Origin: Sedimentisphaerales bacterium
GTDB taxonomy: Bacteria > Planctomycetota > Phycisphaerae > Sedimentisphaerales > SM23-30
Direction of reading: 5' to 3'
DNA length: 64,000 nt
Assembly (NCBI GenBank): GCA_028281535.1
Contig: JANQJS010000063.1
Location: forward strand, 1-64,000
The position numbers and the translations under genes were made by a program. Shown piece by piece: positions 10,701-19,981 of this stretch. Within the stretch, counting starts at the first letter, position 1, and each line of letters starts with the position of its first letter. The notes under the pieces were generated by a model, which was not told the origin of the DNA, did no database searches, and saw only the letters and a list, made by a program, of their open reading frames with translations.

Positions 10701-13700
10701 AATGACTGGAACAGTCACATCACCTTCAACAATCAAGCTAACCAACGTTCCGTCAGGACCAAGGTTGATACCAGAACCAGTGACGTTACCTTCAACAAGG
10801 ACAGTGCCAAGATCGTTGGTATCGTTTGTGACTGAGTCAGCATCAAAGTCTAGGTTGGTTAATCCGAAACCAGCACCATCAAGAATGGTGGTTGTGCCAT
10901 CAGCATCGGTATCGGTTGTTGTTAAGCTAATGTCAGCTGAAGCAGCTAAAGCAGCTGAGCCAGCATTATCCCAGTTATCGATTGTAATGGCGATGGTTTT
11001 ACCAGCACCATTGAAGACATAGTTATAAATTGGACCAGCGGTTGCATCGAATAAGTACGTTGCACCGTTAACAGCCCAGGTTGTCACAGGAGAACTTGTG
11101 GTTCCTAATGTAGCGGTTGTGTTACCAGTAATGGTTGCACCAGCCACATTATCAACATCACCACCAGCCGTAATGGTTGCTGAGTTAGCACCCGTTAGTG
11201 TTGTATTGGCATCAGCACCATCTGTAACGGTTACGGTATCGATATTACCAATTGTTGCGGTAATTGTACCAGCAATTGGTGTATCAATTGAGCTAACCGT
11301 TCCAATGTTACCACTGGAAGATGTGATGGTTGTGCTACCACCAGCACCGATACCAGCACCCGTTGCATCACCCGTTGCATTAACGGCGGTAATGTTTCCT
11401 TCAGCAGTAACATCGGCATCAACAGCAACACCAGCAACAGTTCCGATGGTTCCGGTTGTTGCGGTCACAGTTAAATCTGTAGCACCATCACCCAATGTAC
11501 CATTCAATGAGGTCACACTGGTAATGTTGGTATTTGCTGTAATGCTTGTTGTACCATTACCAGCACCGATGTTACCAACGGCTGTCACAGAACCAACGCT
11601 ACCATTGGTTGAAGTAATCGTGGTTGATTGAGCAGCATCAGCACCGATTGAGCCACCAACAAAGACGCTGGTGATGTCACCGGTTGAAGCAGTAATTGCT
11701 TCGTTGGCTGTCATGGCATTACCGAGGTTACCAGCAATGTTAACGTTGCCAATGCTCGTTGCTGTGATACTACCGTTAGCATTACCATTAACGATAATGT
11801 CTGCGATCGTACCTGTTGCAGTAATATCAGCACCATCATTAATGTTACCACCAGCACCCAAACCTGAACTACCGATCAGGATGTCACCAGCAGAACCATT
11901 AATGGTTAAGTTGCCACCCAGGTTACCACGAAGAATCAGGTCACCCATCAATCCGCCACCTGTGACGTTAATGGTCAGTGCACCACTGGTTGAACCGAAT
12001 TCAAGTGTTTCGCCAACAGCAGGAGCTACGGTACCCGATACGCCACCTTCAACAGTTACTGCGGAGAATGTCACGTTGGTAAAGCTACCAAGTGCACCAC
12101 TACCTTCAAAGATAATGGATCCGACAGTTACAGAGGAGGTCGCTGTAAATGTATTCACTAAGATTGGAGCTGCGTTCACATCAACATCAGTGTCGTTGAA
12201 TTGTTGTGCAGCACCTGTTTCCTGTTTTGAAGTAATGTAAATGTCAGGTGTCGTACCTGTGGTTGAATCAGCCAGAGAGGTGATATCAATTTGAGGACTA
12301 CCACCATTGGCATTACCATCAAAGACAACGTTTGCCGTCACACCTGTATCAACCGTTGTGGTTGACCCAGTTTCAAAAGCCCAGACAGCGTAGCTGACAC
12401 CATCATGAATGAAGGTTGCTAGCGGTGAGCTTGAAGTTGCGGCAGACGCAGTTACTGCAGCGTCAACACTTGCAGCACCTGCATCAATTAAATCAATATC
12501 AGCATCAGCTGTGATTGTACCGTTGATGTCATCACCAACTGCACCACCACTGCGAACCAAATCAATGTTTTGACCGGTAATGGTTGAGTTAATTCCACCA
12601 CCAGCAACAACACTGGTCACATTACCAGAGCTGTCTGAATCGCTATCAGCAGTAATCGCACCACCAGTGATGCTACCGGTTACTGCAACACTGAGAACAT
12701 CATCTTCAGCTGAGATGGTACCAGCGGTAATGTTACCACCAACAACAACTGAAGTAATGTCACCTGTTCCAGCGGTCACATTTGCGGTCAAGTTACCAGA
12801 GGTTGCTGTCACCGTACCAGAAATTAAACCAGCTGTTGCGACAATGTTACCATCAATGTTTGTACCAGCGGTAATGTTAGCAGCAATGTCACCTGCGGTT
12901 GCGGTAATAGCTCCATCAATGTCTGTACCAGCTGAAATGGTTGCACCAGAAGCGATGCCACCAGCTGTAACGGTTAGACCGCCATCGATGTCACCAGCAT
13001 CTGCTTTGAAGACACCGGTTGCAGCCACACCACCAGCATCAATGGTAAATAGACCTGTGAAGTTACCTGTTATTGCTTGAACAGTACCAGCTAAACCAAC
13101 CGTATCAATATCGATAGTGCTAGCAAAGTTGCCCGTTGTAGCAACCAAGCTACCAGCAGCTAAGATACCATCATCAATTTGAATGGCACCGGTGAAACCT
13201 GTTGCGGCAGTAATGGCTGCGGCCAGGTTACCATCAGCTGTGATAGCACCGATAGAACCTGCACTGGTAATCGCTGCGGTGATGTTACCACCTGCATCGA
13301 TTGAACCAATGTTACCGGTATTGGTTGAAATCGCTGCGGCGATGTTACCTTTACTGGTTCCAGATTCATCAGCATCCACCGTAATGGCACCTGTAATACT
13401 GTCAGCACTAATGGTTGCAGCAGAAGTGATATCACCGTTGGTAGATGTAATTGAAGCAATCGCACCACCCGTTGATTGGATGGTACCTGTAATATCAGTT
13501 GCAGCAGACACAGCACCAATGTTACCGTCAGATACGACAGAACCATCGATGGTGGTTGTTGCTGCAGTCACGGTACCGATTGTACCGTTACCTGTTCCTT
13601 TATTTGCAGTAAATGATGCACCAGAAAGAATACCACCGGCAGATGCACCAATGTTACCAATGGAAGCACCAGTGACAACCAGTGTACCAGTTGTGTCACC

Positions 13701-16490
13701 TAAGTTACCTGTGGTTGCGGTTACGTTACCAACGTCACCCGTATCTGCGGTACCACCATTATTAGCAGTAATCACAACACCACCAACACCACCGATTCCG
13801 GTGCTTGCTGTAATGTTGCCCACATCATCATTACCTTGAATGGTCACTGTACCACCAGTTGCATCAGAGGTGATGCTACCGGTTACACCTAAGGTTCCGA
13901 TAGAACCAAGAGCCGCACTTCCTTGTGCGTCAAATAAGATGTCACCAGCGACTGATGTACCGTCCGTTTGAATGGTAGCTGAAGAAGTTGAGTTTCCAAT
14001 GCTTTCACCTTGGAAGATCACATCACCACCATCATCGGTTGAAGCGACGGTAATACCAGCTAAAGTTAGGGCACCCAGTGCACCGTTGGTTGAACCAATG
14101 GTAATCGCACCGTTAACAGCAACACCTGTGTTGCTGATTAAGCCTGTTGCTGTGAAAGCAGCCATATCACCAGTACCCGTTCCGATACCGATGCTAATGT
14201 CACTATCATTGGTACCACTATTGGTAATAGCACCGGTTGTGGTTGTACCTGCGATACTACCGTTGGTTCCGGTGGTTACCAGGATGTCACCACCACCAGT
14301 ACCACTTGCGGTCAAAGCACCCAAGCTAACAGCACCGGTGAAACCTGTTGTACCACCATTAATGGTAGCTCCACCTGTTCCACTGGCTGTGATACCTGTG
14401 AAAGCTGTGCCACCGACAACACCAATACTGGTTCCGGCAGTCACGCTAAATGCACCTGTACTTGAAATGGTTAATAAACCATCAAGATCTAAAGTGCCAA
14501 TGGTTGTTGTAGAAGTCAGGCTGAAATCACCGCCACCAGACATGGTGTTTGCGGTGCTATCACCTAAGTCAACATTACCGATGACATTACCTTGAATGGT
14601 CACATCAGCATTGGCTGAGGTTGCCAGCATCAAGATAGAATCACCTAAGCTGAAGTTACCCATATCACCAGTGGTTGTACCAATGGTGACTGAACCAACT
14701 ACGTCAGCTTCTTGATCAATGTCAGTTGTAATCGTCACGGTACTTGAGAAATCACCAGTACCTGTTGGAGCAATAGTAATATCTGCATCACCTGATGAAT
14801 CCATATCGATGTCAGCAATAACAACAGCACCAGCGAATCCACCATTGGTGGTTGTACCCACTGTAATGTTACCAGAACCAGAACCGCTTGTGGTAATGGC
14901 ACCCAGTGTCACAGCACCGGTATAACCCGTTGTACCACCATCAATCAAGATATCACCAGACCCCGCAGAGGTAATGGCTGGGACGTTACCGCCACCAATC
15001 ACACCGATTGAGGTTGTTGCATCAATGGTAATTCCACCAGCGGAACTTGCTGCGGTTTGTAATGCTGCGGTTGAATCAATCGTACCAATCGTGGTACCTT
15101 GAATGATAACGTCACCTGTTGCGTTGGTACCATTGATTGTAATACCAGCAAGAGAAACGTTACCTAAAGCAGCACCGCTGTTACCAAATGTCATGGTACC
15201 AGGAGCGTTAACTGCAGTATTTTGAATTAAGCCAGCCGTAAAAGTCCCCATGGCACCCGTACCAGCCGTTGCAATGGTCAAGTCAGCATCAACGGTTGCA
15301 CTATTGGTCACAGTACCAACCGTTAAATTACCCATGCTACCATTTGTAGATGTTGTAATACTAATATCACCACCACCACTCTGAATGATGTTACCTGTTC
15401 CAACCGTGCTGCCGAAACCAGAATCACCACCATTGAAGGTGAAGTTACCAGTGCTACTTAATGTAAGACCACCGAATCCAAGGGCACCCGTCACACCATC
15501 ATCGGTTGCGCCGGTATCAACATCAATTGAGATATTACCAGCACCACCAACGGTCGTTAAACCAGCAACATCCCATGCACCACCGACACCTTCGGTCGTG
15601 ACTGTGAAGTTACCAGCAGCGGTCGTGATGACACCTTCCATATCAAGTGAAGCAATACCTGAACCTGCATCATTGTCAAAAGTCCAAGTGATACCGTTGG
15701 CACCAGGTAAAATATCACCATGCCAATCGATCGCACCAATTTGACCAGCGTCAATTAACGAATCGGTTGAAGTACCACCAATCAGGTCAACATCACCGTC
15801 GGTTGACGTCACGGTACCAATTGCACCTGTACCATTTGTGACGATGTGAGTTTCTACCGTCAGGCCAGTAAAGTTAGTAGCACCAAAGGTAATGTTACCA
15901 ATGGCCTGGTTGGCTGAACCGGTGTACGTCTCACCTGTATTGGCAGGAGCGGCTGAAATATTGGCACCAGCTGAGGTGAAGACAGTCGCCGTATCAGAAA
16001 GACCGTCAACGGTAAAGTCTTGATCATCATCACCAGCAGCATCTTCCGTTGTCGTAATACCAGTACCAATGATCAGATCAAGCTCAGTTGTACCGGCATC
16101 CAAACCACTCAGGTCGATGTTTGCAATATTTAAGTTAGTTACAAGGAAAATGGTCGCCGCACCAGCACCGCCAGTATCCTGAACGGTAATATTCAGCGTA
16201 AATGTATCCGTCGCACCACCATCGCTTAAGTCAGCGACCGTAACACTGTCGATACCCGTACTGGTTGCACCCAGAGCGATAAAACCGTCAGTAGCATTAA
16301 AGGTATTGTCGCCGGTGACATCGTATGCAGTATAATCACCGGGATTCAACACCACTGCAGCAGGAGCAATACGTTCTTCCAGTTCTTCAACTTTCAGACG
16401 CTGCTGATACTGCTGAATGCGATTGGCAAGCAGGGCAGATTTGGAATACCTGCTCGCGTTTCTAAATAATTTGCGAAGCCCATTGGCCAT
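7701..16490 (-). CDS. Giant (2929 aa) Gly/Thr/Ala/Ser/Ile/Asp/Asn-rich repetitive surface or secreted protein, probably a parallel beta-helix / adhesin-like repeat protein. There is no N-terminal signal peptide.
   Basis: Single uninterrupted ORF with a GGAGA RBS 7 nt before the ATG. It carries hundreds of short degenerate repeats of the type ITATTGNIGSIDAGGNITAA. The N-terminus MANGLRKLFRNASRYSKSALLANRIQQYQQRLKVEELEERIAPAAVV is charged and not Sec-like. Strong codon bias creates many spurious antisense ORFs. Confidence 0.85.
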   Translation of the reverse strand: MANGLRKLFRNASRYSKSALLANRIQQYQQRLKVEELEERIAPAAVVLNPGDYTAYDVTGDNTFNATDGFIALGATSTGIDSVTVADLSDGGATDTFTLNITVQDTGGAGAATIFLVTNLNIANIDLSGLDAGTTELDLIIGTGITTTEDAAGDDDQDFTVDGLSDTATVFTSAGANISAAPANTGETYTGSANQAIGNITFGATNFTGLTVETHIVTNGTGAIGTVTSTDGDVDLIGGTSTDSLIDAGQIGAIDWHGDILPGANGITWTFDNDAGSGIASLDMEGVITTAAGNFTVTTEGVGGAWDVAGLTTVGGAGNISIDVDTGATDDGVTGALGFGGLTLSSTGNFTFNGGDSGFGSTVGTGNIIQSGGGDISITTSTNGSMGNLTVGTVTNSATVDADLTIATAGTGAMGTFTAGLIQNTAVNAPGTMTFGNSGAALGNVSLAGITINGTNATGDVIIQGTTIGTIDSTAALQTAASSAGGITIDATTSIGVIGGGNVPAITSAGSGDILIDGGTTGYTGAVTLGAITTSGSGSGNITVGTTTNGGFAGAVVIADIDMDSSGDADITIAPTGTGDFSSTVTITTDIDQEADVVGSVTIGTTTGDMGNFSLGDSILMLATSANADVTIQGNVIGNVDLGDSTANTMSGGGDFSLTSTTTIGTLDLDGLLTISSTGAFSVTAGTSIGVVGGTAFTGITASGTGGATINGGTTGFTGAVSLGALTASGTGGGDILVTTGTNGSIAGTTTTGAITNSGTNDSDISIGIGTGTGDMAAFTATGLISNTGVAVNGAITIGSTNGALGALTLAGITVASTDDGGDVIFQGESIGNSTSSATIQTDGTSVAGDILFDAQGSAALGSIGTLGVTGSITSDATGGTVTIQGNDDVGNITASTGIGGVGGVVITANNGGTADTGDVGNVTATTGNLGDTTGTLVVTGASIGNIGASAGGILSGASFTANKGTGNGTIGTVTAATTTIDGSVVSDGNIGAVSAATDITGTIQSTGGAIASITSTNGDITSAATISADSITGAITVDADESGTSKGNIAAAISTNTGNIGSIDAGGNITAAITSAGSIGAITADGNLAAAITAATGFTGAIQIDDGILAAGSLVATTGNFASTIDIDTVGLAGTVQAITGNFTGLFTIDAGGVAATGVFKADAGDIDGGLTVTAGGIASGATISAGTDIDGAITATAGDIAANITAGTNIDGNIVATAGLISGTVTATSGNLTANVTAGTGDITSVVVGGNITAGTISAEDDVLSVAVTGSITGGAITADSDSDSSGNVTSVVAGGGINSTITGQNIDLVRSGGAVGDDINGTITADADIDLIDAGAASVDAAVTASAATSSSPLATFIHDGVSYAVWAFETGSTTTVDTGVTANVVFDGNANGGSPQIDITSLADSTTGTTPDIYITSKQETGAAQQFNDTDVDVNAAPILVNTFTATSSVTVGSIIFEGSGALGSFTNVTFSAVTVEGGVSGTVAPAVGETLEFGSTSGALTINVTGGGLMGDLILRGNLGGNLTINGSAGDILIGSSGLGAGGNINDGADITATGTIADIIVNGNANGSITATSIGNVNIAGNLGNAMTANEAITASTGDITSVFVGGSIGADAAQSTTITSTNGSVGSVTAVGNIGAGNGTTSITANTNITSVTSLNGTLGDGATDLTVTATTGTIGTVAGVAVDADVTAEGNITAVNATGDATGAGIGAGGSTTITSSSGNIGTVSSIDTPIAGTITATIGNIDTVTVTDGADANTTLTGANSATITAGGDVDNVAGATITGNTTATLGTTSSPVTTWAVNGATYLFDATAGPIYNYVFNGAGKTIAITIDNWDNAGSAALAASADISLTTTDTDADGTTTILDGAGFGLTNLDFDADSVTNDTNDLGTVLVEGNVTGSGINLGPDGTLVSLIVEGDVTVPVITTNVSLFSAGSVLGIDNPTAANMTSAFLHPNAGTVTIGVPADGDYIVPVGPASTGGDISVTHGDGAGAFITPIELEAGGGVNAFELEVTGGVITEISQEDNAIVTGAVTINGDLTYVIEGHDIAAFTVTGAITSTGGLNAYDIDSITVGTDGTFTGTGNDMAGTIQIFNDAGVAGSTGSTGAVDIAGSLTGSIIAATNIGAVTIGNSVTNVDGTVTQIGSFTGLLSAGGNIGTVTAQVNVGGSGLIQAGGTLGAITATTGDVTADILTGGTVGAITGNDFSGDWLFGVAAGATGVTINDRSDSLDTTPRVYTVTPGAVAVIDIDADTGLDANGLTVDQLIIFADSDTVSATASDGAPVSVDEILLLQEDGDGFGVTVSGTLGNIVAADNATALDSNTLAANFLAASNADEGTAFTADVIDDTAPTALDAEIGDDQNTDLTVSINADTAGNIIASGNVSVTADIDSLGYVVSLNGSVSGTVHTATSFGSIASSLDWSGTWESEGTGAVGGDIDNATISAAYGAAVAAGIPSWFTGGVLVEAGDVSSTLDFRTVAPTVVIDGLGTPEPTGTATGTIYVLAGDIAGDFDIFGDFGGLQVPIGSENIGNMTVAGFISRMIVPNAGGAITGLSDVDVNIGLKAIDGETIVSENNPFSQDSISVEVSGGAAGIIDNNDSTDYIIEQLDIVGLDDAGAEVDIVGDVTEINIWGDWAGDLSIEGTTSSNNDSDPPVLGDVDLINVREFGTDDGDIDGSTADLTANNFGDLFTDGDINDPTDRITDSGTLSKTSSLQTVEYNGATTQSLYLKGSKNVSAAWSSIFGKVTDIDVTSTTGKGSAALAAAGGTVDEAGFKTIMKASKNGVVGSNGANVGHVDVHGKLKVKNLIVEGSLDSVETTSALRGVAIAGDADLIKAESLQKGFVGGNVDYLSSGRIRNFDVLGNVMNFNASSISNVFVQGTTNSLFIAGNATNSQFLGSVSDATIFGRFSSSSINGEVITDRTEVI

Positions 16491-17311
16491 GATGAAATCT
16501 CCTTTCGCGTCCTATTATGACCCAAATCCCTTTTTAACTCGTATACGGGGCCATCTAGTCTCTATTTTATTAATCGTTGTATTTTTAAAACAAAAGTTTG
16601 CTGTGCTTTTATTTTTGAACAACAACCTGAATTCAACACTGAATTCAAGCTGTTTATTTCTTATTCATAAGTGAACCTCCATACATTATCTGGACTTATA
16701 CACTTTTTCGCTGTCATATATGTCTGTAATATCCTTACGAATCTATTAATTTTTTAAGATTTTTTTTTACAATTCCTTATTTCTTACTACTTTGCCCCTC
16801 AATAAGTTATCAAATAACAGATGTGCTGTTGACAACTGATGGGACTAAAGCATCTTCACTTATGTTCAGCAGGCTAGCCATACAGATCTTAGATATCAAT
16901 ACTGTAAAGGCGCATTCGTTCCGCTGATGTGATTCTCCCGTTCTAGATATAGCTCCTGATTTTGTATCGCTACATTCCATTGTTTAACAAAGCTCTAACA
17001 ATCCATCGTTTTATAAATCATTCCTGATTGCCTTGCATTAAAGATTAGAAATGCCAGGCAAATTCAGGTTCGGCGCTATTCTGCAAACCAATCGACCATT
17101 GATTGTTTCGCAAAAAAACAATTCTTATTTTGTTGTTATTATCTTCAGCAAGTATTTGTGTCAATAGAAACTTACACTTTTTTTAAAAAAAAGTAACAAA
17201 ACTCATTTTTGTAAAGGTAAGAGAGAGCATAGTTTATTATGCATTGAATGACAAGCGTAGAGGTGAAATGCCAGAGAAATGAGTAAAAAAAAATGATAAA
17301 AAATAACAGGC

Positions 17312-17357
17312 AAAAAAAACTCCCTGAGACTGACCGATGTAAATCAGCACCAGGGAG
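17312..17357 (-). terminator. Rho-independent terminator after the DUF3467-like gene
   Basis: CTCCCTG...CAGGGAG stem followed by a T8 run on the minus strand. Confidence 0.6.
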
Positions 17358-17378
17358 TAAATTACTTAAGCAACTATT

Positions 17379-17744
17379 TTATTTTTTTGCTTCAGGCTGT
17401 GCACTGAGTCGACGTTGCACGTTCAACTCGATCACACCGAAGTTTTGCTCATGACGCATAATGGTCTGTTGCAGAGCAGCAAATAATCTTTTGGCAGTAA
17501 AATGATTTAATACCAGACGATTATCAACTTTTACCTTCTGATCTTGTTGGCTATAAGGGTTTGGATTAAGGGAAAAATCAATAATGACCTCTTCAGGGGT
17601 ACCAGTCACACGGCAAAAATTTGAATAACTGGCTAATACGCCATCGTCATCCAAAGTGATTTTAACTTGAGGCTGATCCGCAGCCGGTTGCTCGGTTACT
17701 TTGGCTTCCTTTTTGGTTTTAGTGTCGTCTGCCATCAAAAACAT
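17379..17744 (-). CDS. Small conserved protein, DUF3467-like
   Basis: 121 aa. The motif YSNFCRVTGTPEEVIIDFS resembles the DUF3467 family. Its own terminator lies downstream. Confidence 0.5.
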   Translation of the reverse strand: MFLMADDTKTKKEAKVTEQPAADQPQVKITLDDDGVLASYSNFCRVTGTPEEVIIDFSLNPNPYSQQDQKVKVDNRLVLNHFTAKRLFAALQQTIMRHEQNFGVIELNVQRRLSAQPEAKK

Positions 17745-18237
17745 CCTTTCGAAAATTGATAATAATAAAATTTCATATGAAAATAGCGACCTGTAAGCAT
17801 CTTGCTACACGAACAGACCATCTACACATTGAAACGTTTGCTGTCACAAAAAAACAAACGTTTCCTGTGAGCTTATTACATAGCAATAGCGCTACAGCCC
17901 TTAACTTTTCAATAATTTTAAATGCACAGCAGCCTATAATATTTTTCAAAGCGGCCAAAGTGTCAAGGGAAAAACTCTTTTTTCCTTAAAAAAAGCGAAT
18001 AGCTTCACTTTTTAATCAATTAATCCACATTATAAAATAAGACATTTATGTAAATTAGTCATGTTATTCGATATTTTATTAGATTACTATATTATGCCTA
18101 AAAGCCCTACTTGACGTAGCGTGCAAATCAGATTATTTTTGTGACAAACATGACCAACGGAGAATAAAAGACTATTTTCCAGATTTAACCAGTCAGGGAT
18201 CCTTACTGAACCTCTTACGAAAGACTGACAAACCTTT

Positions 18238-19797
18238 ATGCCTAAGCAAGACGAAATGACCGAAAAATCAGTTGCCCTGACCATCAAAGAGACCATCGAA
18301 TCGCTGGCGATTGCATTTATCTTAGCATTTGTCTTTCGGGCTTTTGTAGTAGAAGCCTTTGTGATTCCAACTGGCTCCATGGCAGACGGACTGAGAGGAG
18401 CCCACTATCGAATCACCTGTGCGAATTGTAGCCATAATTACAATTACGGCTTTAGTCCCGATTTATGGCACTTGCCAGAAGGGGGTATTCCCTCTAACTC
18501 AATCGAGGTGGTCCCTCCTAAAAGAGTCCCAAAAGGTACGGCTCCACGATGTCAATTGTGCGGCGAAGAACCAGACAAGCGAAGAAAACGTCGCGTCAGT
18601 AATGGCGACAGGATCCTGGTACTTAAATACCTCTATCAATTTATAGAACCCCAAACCTGGGATGTGGTTGTTTTCAAAAACCCTACGAACCCTAAGCAAA
18701 ATTATATAAAACGACTGATCGGATGTCCCGGTGACGAAATAAAAATCATTGATGGTGACATTTACATAGATGGAGTAATACAAACCAAACCCAAGCATGT
18801 TCAAGATCTGCTTTGGCTAAAAATTTATGACAGTGATTTTCAGCCAGCCAACAATGAAAAACGTGTCAATAACGACGATAGGAAAGTTTGGCGACATCCG
18901 TTTGAGCCCAACGATCGAACCCAAACTTTCTGGGAGATTGACCAGAAAAAACGAACCTATCAATTCAAGGGCAGCAACAGCTTAAGCGATTTTGACGAAT
19001 TATATTTCAATCAAGCTCGCATGAAAATGATAACCAAAGCTACCATTGACTACAATGGGCCTAACTATGATCGCCTACCCGTTGCAAGTGATTTAAAATT
19101 TTCCGTGGGAATACTCCCTAAATCAGAACAATCACTGCTTGGTATCACTCTAGGAAAATACCAAAGAGAATATCGTTGCGAATTTACACTATCCGGCCAA
19201 TATAGCATAATCGATTTACAAACGAATGAGTCGCTATTCGAAGGCATGTTTAATCCGCTGGCTCTAGGAAAGGTTACACCGGTTTCTTTCGCGATTTTAG
19301 ACCATCAGTTTATCGTTACCGTTGGCGACAACGAAATGATTCACCAGGGCCCTAATGATTTCATGGATTGGGGATATAACCCCAACCTCTATTCCGTTTA
19401 CCCTAATCCCAACCCAGCGATTGCTACACTTAAACTGTCGGGAGCTGGAGAAGAATTTCAAATCCAAAAAATTCAACTGCACCGTGATATCTACTATACT
19501 AAGAACTCGGCTATGAGCACCGAGGAAGGTCGCGCCACGCACAAACAACCGTTTGAATTGGGACCAGATGAATTTTTTGTATTGGGCGACAATAGCCCTG
19601 CCAGTGCGGACTCTCGCTTCTGGCACCAAATGGGAAAAATCACTGGTAACGATAACCACTATCGTATGGGAACGGTGCCCAGGGATTATTTGATCGGTAA
19701 AGCCTTTTTTGTTTATTGGCCGGCAGGGTACTTACCTTCGATGAATTCTCCACTGGCTTGTATTCCAAATTTTGGTGACATGCGATTTATTAAATAA
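18238..19797 (+). CDS. lepB: Signal peptidase I (S26 family), unusually long, with an inserted Cys4 zinc-ribbon-like segment
   Basis: 519 aa. It has an N-terminal TM segment, box B IPTGSMADGL (catalytic Ser), box D YIKRLIGCPGDEIKI (catalytic Lys) and box E FVLGDNSPASADSRFW. The insert reads CANCSHNYNYG...RCQLCGEEP. Confidence 0.8.
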   Translation: MPKQDEMTEKSVALTIKETIESLAIAFILAFVFRAFVVEAFVIPTGSMADGLRGAHYRITCANCSHNYNYGFSPDLWHLPEGGIPSNSIEVVPPKRVPKGTAPRCQLCGEEPDKRRKRRVSNGDRILVLKYLYQFIEPQTWDVVVFKNPTNPKQNYIKRLIGCPGDEIKIIDGDIYIDGVIQTKPKHVQDLLWLKIYDSDFQPANNEKRVNNDDRKVWRHPFEPNDRTQTFWEIDQKKRTYQFKGSNSLSDFDELYFNQARMKMITKATIDYNGPNYDRLPVASDLKFSVGILPKSEQSLLGITLGKYQREYRCEFTLSGQYSIIDLQTNESLFEGMFNPLALGKVTPVSFAILDHQFIVTVGDNEMIHQGPNDFMDWGYNPNLYSVYPNPNPAIATLKLSGAGEEFQIQKIQLHRDIYYTKNSAMSTEEGRATHKQPFELGPDEFFVLGDNSPASADSRFWHQMGKITGNDNHYRMGTVPRDYLIGKAFFVYWPAGYLPSMNSPLACIPNFGDMRFIK

Positions 19798-19981
19798 ATT
19801 CTATTCATTATTTTGACAGGATAAACAGGATTTATATGATCTTGTTTCATACCATTTAAAAGACAACACAGCCATCGCTCCCATTCTTATTTATCTCAAT
19901 AAAATTTTAAATAAACAGTTAAGGAATTCATTTAAAAGGTCGATTTTCTTTGAGTCCGTAGAGAATGTATTTTCATAGTTT

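Noticed and set aside
8323-15754. Numerous 60-220-aa ORFs on the plus strand inside the giant gene, for example 11098-11631, 13183-13839 and 13972-14595
   Set aside because: They lie antisense to a continuous 8.8-kb ORF with extreme codon bias. Their Pro/Val/Ala-rich products are the expected mirror artefacts of GGT/ACC/GCA-rich coding sequence. There are no RBSs and no independent support.
18087-18380. A 97-aa minus-strand ORF overlapping the start of the signal peptidase gene
   Set aside because: It overlaps a well-supported gene on the opposite strand and the promoter region. There is no RBS and no recognisable motif.
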